Shown here piece after piece: positions 59,268 through 64,000 of a stretch of 64,000 nucleotides of DNA (positions are counted from its first letter, which is position 1; the number at the start of each line of letters is the position of its first letter). Both the position numbers and the translations under genes were made by a program. The notes beneath the pieces are model-generated. The model made no database searches and had not been told where the DNA came from. It saw nothing but the letters and a program-made list of their open reading frames with translations. This DNA is from Candidatus Foliamicus sp. (GTDB lineage: Bacteria; Pseudomonadota; Gammaproteobacteria; Steroidobacterales; Foliamicaceae): positions 1,346,891 to 1,410,890 of the forward strand of contig OZ252226.1 of NCBI GenBank assembly GCA_965249285.1. The letters are read 5' to 3'.

Positions 59268-60446
59268 CTATCCAACTGCGATGTGCGGCGCGGCAGGCGC
59301 CTTAAGTGATGGAATGCCAAGCTCGTGCTTGCCGTACTCGGCCATGTTGTGACGCGATCTGATGGTGTGATAGGTCGCCATGGCGTGAATGTCGCGGTAT
59401 TGCCGCTGAACAGGATTGAACTCGGCAATACCGATCGCGCCCATCTGTTTGACGAGATCCCGTATGGCGGTTTGGCAAAGCCCGGCAATGAAACTGCGGT
59501 CTCTTGCAAGTTCGATCTCTTCTTCCCTGGTAATTTCTTTCTCCTCCAGACGACGCGACACGAGCAAGTGCATCGATTCCTCGTAGAGAAGCCGGGCGGC
59601 CTTGATCCGGGCACTCACTTCGGCCAATCGCTGCTGAACTTGCGTGAACCTGGCAACCGCAGCGTTGGTCGTTCCCCCGACACGCTTCCTGGTGCTTGAT
59701 GTGTAATTGTGATAGGCCCCTTCGGCACAGCCGAGCAACGGGGCCAGAACCTGGTTTTCCCAATATGGCAGAACAGCGGAAGACGTTTCGCCCATTCCAA
59801 AAAGCTCTTTGGCGTCAATAATTCTATGGGCCGGAACAGACAGATCTCTTACGGACAGCCCATATACGCCCACACCCCGCAATCCTCCGAGATGATCAGC
59901 GGGTGTGGACTCAAAGGCATCACTTGGGATCAAGGCGTATGCGTCAACATTGTCCGGCATACACACGGCAACAAGAATCCAATCAACCAGCGCGGCCGCT
60001 TCGACATATCGCCATTTGCCCGTGAGGCGATATCCCTCGCCTTCGGATTGCAGCATCGCTGTGGCATAGATCGGCGCTACGGACACCAGACCAGTCTTCT
60101 TGCCGCCCCAAACGTCGGCTTGCGCAGCCGGTGACATTCGGGCAACTAGAGAAGCGTTTCCGCCGATGACCGACACGAACCAGGCGGAGGAGGCACAGGT
60201 AGCAGCGAGCCTTCGTCCCAGGATCAAATGACTGCCCCACGGCAATTCCAGGCCACCGAAGGCGGCGGGTTTCAAAATGTCAAACAGTTGCGCATCAGCG
60301 AGGCGTTGCAGATCCTGCGCCGTAAGCCCTGACTCGCCAACTGTCCGTGCGTGCTTGCCAAGCTCTGGTGTCAGGGTCTCCATTTGCCCCTGAATCTGCT
60401 CCAGTCTTGCTGTTTCCGGCGATAACATCGATTGCAGACGCCTCAA
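59268..60446 (-). CDS. Acyl-CoA-dehydrogenase-fold flavin monooxygenase (HsaA/HpaB-like), divergent
   Basis: PAAFGGLE, CASSAW, LTGKW, GLRGVG, NPVQRQYRD. Confidence 0.8.
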   Translation of the reverse strand: MRRLQSMLSPETARLEQIQGQMETLTPELGKHARTVGESGLTAQDLQRLADAQLFDILKPAAFGGLELPWGSHLILGRRLAATCASSAWFVSVIGGNASLVARMSPAAQADVWGGKKTGLVSVAPIYATAMLQSEGEGYRLTGKWRYVEAAALVDWILVAVCMPDNVDAYALIPSDAFESTPADHLGGLRGVGVYGLSVRDLSVPAHRIIDAKELFGMGETSSAVLPYWENQVLAPLLGCAEGAYHNYTSSTRKRVGGTTNAAVARFTQVQQRLAEVSARIKAARLLYEESMHLLVSRRLEEKEITREEEIELARDRSFIAGLCQTAIRDLVKQMGAIGIAEFNPVQRQYRDIHAMATYHTIRSRHNMAEYGKHELGIPSLKAPAAPHIAVG

Positions 60447-61633
60447 GATTTATTGAAGAAGGGGATCTCGGTTGCCATGCCGAATTCGCGCTTCGCACAA
60501 TTCGACATGTTGCGGTCCCAATTGATACCAATCTGCTGCACCATCGCGTTCATGTCACGGTAATAGCGTTGTAGAACCCCATCCTCAAACACTTCTGAAC
60601 AATTCAAGTTTGTGACCAGCCTTTCGACGGCATTGACGCAAAGCCGGGCCGCATAGGTCCGATCCCTGACCAATGCCACTCGCTCACCCATGGGAAATTC
60701 CTGGTTTGCCGTCGCGTAAGCGTGTTGCCGCTCAATCAGGCTTTCGAGCAACAGCGCCGCCGTGTGCACTTCGGCCGATGACTCTGCAAACAGGAGCTGC
60801 ACGGCAGTGTCTGTCGTGTCCAACTCGTTGAGCACGTTGTAGCCGTTGATGAGCAACGATTTGAACTCATCGATTACCGTCTCCGCCGTTCCCAGGATCG
60901 GTCCCAGGAGAGCCGTCCCGGCAAATGCGCGGAAGTTATAACGATAAACATAGCCTCGATTGACCGTCGATCCTGGTGGGTTCGGAGACATCAACTCGGG
61001 AAGCGACAAGGTGCGGTGTTCAGGAACGAAAATCCCGGCGAGCCTGATCGACTTTGATCCAGTCCCCCGCATGCCGCTAACGTACCAATCATCTTCAATT
61101 GTGAAATCTGCGCGCGGATAGAGGAAATAGTATTGCGGGCCGTCGCCTTCGCCTTCAGGGAAGCCTCGAGTCAGCGCCCAAGACGCGTGATCCACACCGC
61201 TGAGAAATCGCCATTGCCCGCTGAGAACAAAGCCGCCATCGACGCGGCGGATGGTGACGCCGCCCGGAACCGAGCCGGTGGCGATCAAGACATCCTGCGA
61301 ATCGCCCCACACGTCTTCCTGGGCCTTGGGCGACATACGGCCGACATAAGCCGCATGGGAGCCAATGACGCTTACGATCCAACTTGTCGAGGCGCATCCG
61401 CGGGAGATAATCCGGCCAATGCGAGTCTGTGCGCCCCAATCAGCCTCGTACCCTCCAAAACGGCGCGGTTGATAGAGCCGCAGCAGCTCCGCATCAAACA
61501 GATCCTTCATCGTCTCCGATGACAGCATTCGTTGTCTCTCGGTCTCAGCCGCTCGTTTGCGCAGAGTCGGCACCAACTGTTCTGCGCGGGCGATGAGATC
61601 GTCGAACGTGGTCGTGTCGGGCTGTATCGTCAT
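60443..61633 (-). CDS. Acyl-CoA-dehydrogenase-fold flavin monooxygenase (HsaA-like)
   Basis: QPRRFGG, GQWRFLSGVDHA, DDWYVSGMRGTGS, LQRYYRD. Confidence 0.85.
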   Translation of the reverse strand: MTIQPDTTTFDDLIARAEQLVPTLRKRAAETERQRMLSSETMKDLFDAELLRLYQPRRFGGYEADWGAQTRIGRIISRGCASTSWIVSVIGSHAAYVGRMSPKAQEDVWGDSQDVLIATGSVPGGVTIRRVDGGFVLSGQWRFLSGVDHASWALTRGFPEGEGDGPQYYFLYPRADFTIEDDWYVSGMRGTGSKSIRLAGIFVPEHRTLSLPELMSPNPPGSTVNRGYVYRYNFRAFAGTALLGPILGTAETVIDEFKSLLINGYNVLNELDTTDTAVQLLFAESSAEVHTAALLLESLIERQHAYATANQEFPMGERVALVRDRTYAARLCVNAVERLVTNLNCSEVFEDGVLQRYYRDMNAMVQQIGINWDRNMSNCAKREFGMATEIPFFNKS

Positions 61634-61748
61634 GATGTCATGAGAATATGAAAACCAGTGTATTGCTGTCAAGGAAGTCAGTGCTTAGGACGGGGCAACT
61701 CCAGAGAAAGTGACGCGAATGGTTTGAGGTAATCGCGGTCTTCAGGCC

Positions 61749-62477
61749 CTAAAGCAAGTGCCCACCGGTGATGTTGAGCGTAGTGCCGGTAACGTAGGCG
61801 GCGGCGGAGGAACACAAGTAGGCAATGGCTTGGGCCACCTCCTGGGGTTGGCACAGGCGGCCCGATGGAATGTCGCGAATGATCTGGTCCTGTTGTGAAG
61901 TCTCCAGCCTTTTGAACATCGGCGTATCGATTGCTCCGGGCAAGACGCAATTGACGCGAATCTGATCGGGCGCCCATTCCTTTGCCAGGTAGCGTGTAAG
62001 GTTGATAATGCCCGCCTTGGCCGAAGCGTAGGCGGGGCCGGAGAGATGTGAGCCGCCGTGGACTCCGTTAGGGGATGATACGAGGACGGCGCAACCTTTC
62101 GTTTGGCTTAAGGACTCATACGTGGCCCGCGCCAAAAGAAAAGCCGATGTCAAATTGACGTCGATGAGCCGCCGCCAATCTTTCAATTTTGTATCGACGA
62201 GTTTCCCTTTGCCGACGGCGCCGGCAACGTGGATGACATAGTCGATGTGCGAATAGCTCCGCTCGCATTCGCTGACGGCGGCGCACACGTCGTCTTCCGA
62301 AGTGACATCTCCAATGAGGGCGAGTGAAGAACCGGAAACGCCGGAAGGCTTTACCAGATCAAAGCCGGCAACTTTGGCGCCGGCATCGGACAGGAGTCCT
62401 ACAACGGCCTTTCCGACGCCGCCTGCGGCGCCCGTTACGAACGCAACTTTGCCTTTGGCGTCGAAGACCGGCGTCAC
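61749..62477 (-). CDS. SDR oxidoreductase
   Basis: TGAAGGVG, YASAK, PGAIDT. Confidence 0.92.
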   Translation of the reverse strand: MTPVFDAKGKVAFVTGAAGGVGKAVVGLLSDAGAKVAGFDLVKPSGVSGSSLALIGDVTSEDDVCAAVSECERSYSHIDYVIHVAGAVGKGKLVDTKLKDWRRLIDVNLTSAFLLARATYESLSQTKGCAVLVSSPNGVHGGSHLSGPAYASAKAGIINLTRYLAKEWAPDQIRVNCVLPGAIDTPMFKRLETSQQDQIIRDIPSGRLCQPQEVAQAIAYLCSSAAAYVTGTTLNITGGHLL

Positions 62478-63190
62478 ACAGCTTTCCCGGGCACCAACTT
62501 GTCGTAAATGCCGTTGAGCATGCTGTAGCGCAATTCGGCCGTAGCTCTGACGATGTTAAGCGCACGCTTCTGACGTTCCGGCGTGTTGGCGTAGCGGGCC
62601 GTCAATTCCAATCCGGTTTGCGCGTGTTCCACATCGCCTTCAATGTGCACGTGGAAAAACTCCAGATCGTCATCGGAGAAACCCATATTCTCCATTGCGG
62701 CGACATACTTGGGGAAGAGAGTGGGCAACTGGCCTTCCAGGGCGACCATAATCCCCGCGCAGGCTTCCGAGACGTGGCGGATAGCCGTCAGTTCCCACGT
62801 CCAGGCTGCCATGGCGCGCGTAGTGGGCAGGATACGGTTTTCATCTTCGCCTTCGACGATGTAGTTGCGCGATTTCCCGCACGCCATGCCAAACTTGACA
62901 AGCAAATCGGGATGCCGCTTTTCGGGTTGCTCCGGCATTTCTTCGCCCAGCATGTTTTCAAGCAAATGCTGACGCGCGTCCAGGTCGGGAAGCCGCGAGT
63001 AAAGGAGTGCGAAATGCTGGGGAACCGGCCTGATGTAGTAATAATGTTGGACGGCCCATTCACCGAGCTGTTCCCGGGTCAAATCTCCTGCGGCCCACGC
63101 CGCGCTGAACGGGTGCAACCCGCTATGGCTCGGCTGTCGCGCCGCCTCAAGTGCGGCCCAGAACTGTTTCTTCGGTATCAGCTTGGCCAT
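62474..63190 (-). CDS. CADD/PqqC/TenA-like heme-oxygenase-fold (diiron) protein
   Basis: HPF, ENMLGEE...H, ALEGQ, FFHVHIEGDVEH ligand set. Confidence 0.82.
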   Translation of the reverse strand: MAKLIPKKQFWAALEAARQPSHSGLHPFSAAWAAGDLTREQLGEWAVQHYYYIRPVPQHFALLYSRLPDLDARQHLLENMLGEEMPEQPEKRHPDLLVKFGMACGKSRNYIVEGEDENRILPTTRAMAAWTWELTAIRHVSEACAGIMVALEGQLPTLFPKYVAAMENMGFSDDDLEFFHVHIEGDVEHAQTGLELTARYANTPERQKRALNIVRATAELRYSMLNGIYDKLVPGKAV

Positions 63191-63252
63191 ACTGCTCTCC
63201 CCCATATGGATATGCCGTTGTTGCGCGGCCCAAGCGTCGCGTCTTGCTCTCT

Positions 63253-64000
63253 CTAAAGCCTGCCGATGGTACTTGCGGCAGCGCCGGCGCCCCGGCTGAG
63301 ATAGACGTGATGTTCGTAACGGTCTGCCAGGTAATATGCGGTGCTGCGTTCAATCGGCCTGCTTGAATCATCAAAGACAACAAGCCTGATCCGCACCAAG
63401 GGGGCGCCGACAGTCGTATTCAGCAGCGAAGCTTTTCTGGCATCGGCCAAACAAGCGCCGAGGAGTTGATCCGCACCGCCGATTCTCACGCCTTTCTTTT
63501 CGAGCAGGCTGAGCATTTGCTCTTTCTTGAGTTCTTCCTCCGTGAATTCGAAGCCCAAGTCGCCCCGGACGTAGGCGACCCGATAGCCGACCGGCGCACC
63601 GTCCGTATGCCTGACGAAGGAGATTTGCTGAACATGCGAGCCTTCCGGCAAGTCGAGATCATTGCGGGTTTGTTCGTCTGCCAGGACTTCTTTGATTTCG
63701 ACCGATTTGACTTTGGACTTCCTGGCGAGCCGAGTCGTCTTGCGGATGAGCTGCTCCATGTCCCCCTGATTGGGCGCGGCGGCCAAGTCATCCGTTACAT
63801 AAGTGCCCTTACCCTGAATTGGGATCAGCAGCTTTTCCGTGGCCAGCATATCAAGGGCCTTGCGCGTGGTAATGCGCGAAACACCGAAAGTTGCGCACAA
63901 CTCGTACTCAGCCGGCAACTTGCTGCCGGGAGGATAGGTGCCGTCGAAAATCCAGCCTTTCAGCAGAGAATAGACCTGGTGATAGCGGGGTACCTTGATC
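63253..64000 (-). CDS. GntR (HutC/UTRA) transcriptional regulator; 5' end beyond the window
   Basis: VPRYHQVY...KLPAEYELCATFGVSRITTRKAL...GKGTYV plus UTRA domain. Confidence 0.9.
   Translation of the reverse strand, partial: IKVPRYHQVYSLLKGWIFDGTYPPGSKLPAEYELCATFGVSRITTRKALDMLATEKLLIPIQGKGTYVTDDLAAAPNQGDMEQLIRKTTRLARKSKVKSVEIKEVLADEQTRNDLDLPEGSHVQQISFVRHTDGAPVGYRVAYVRGDLGFEFTEEELKKEQMLSLLEKKGVRIGGADQLLGACLADARKASLLNTTVGAPLVRIRLVVFDDSSRPIERSTAYYLADRYEHHVYLSRGAGAAASTIGRL

Overview
Window from a GC-rich bacterium, probably a gammaproteobacterium (tmRNA tag ANDDNFALAA; prc/orn/rsgA/recR/dnaX block). It has four zones. (1) 1-6.6 kb: exported enzymes, several of them pseudogenised. (2) 6.6-20.4 kb: a decayed accessory region downstream of the tmRNA gene (20374-20725, minus strand). 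It holds two related integrase-less elements in tandem at the tmRNA CCA end, 4-5 toxin-antitoxin modules, IS3 elements, a 5'-truncated group II intron, phage-tail remnants, and a methyltransferase gene split into two distant, oppositely oriented halves. (3) 20.8-38.6 kb: mostly housekeeping genes, with a dispersed double-hairpin palindromic repeat and coding tandem repeats in prc and dnaX. (4) 38.6-64 kb: a probable island starting at a tRNA-3'-like att remnant. It carries an uncharacterised catabolic cluster: Opp-type ABC importer, Rieske oxygenase, two pairs of flavin monooxygenases, a CADD/PqqC-like diiron protein, a Cys-less maleate-isomerase-fold protein, MmgE/PrpD, two aldehyde dehydrogenases, a methyltransferase and a GntR regulator. 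All product calls come from reading motifs by eye, without database searches. Single-base frameshifts could be assembly errors.
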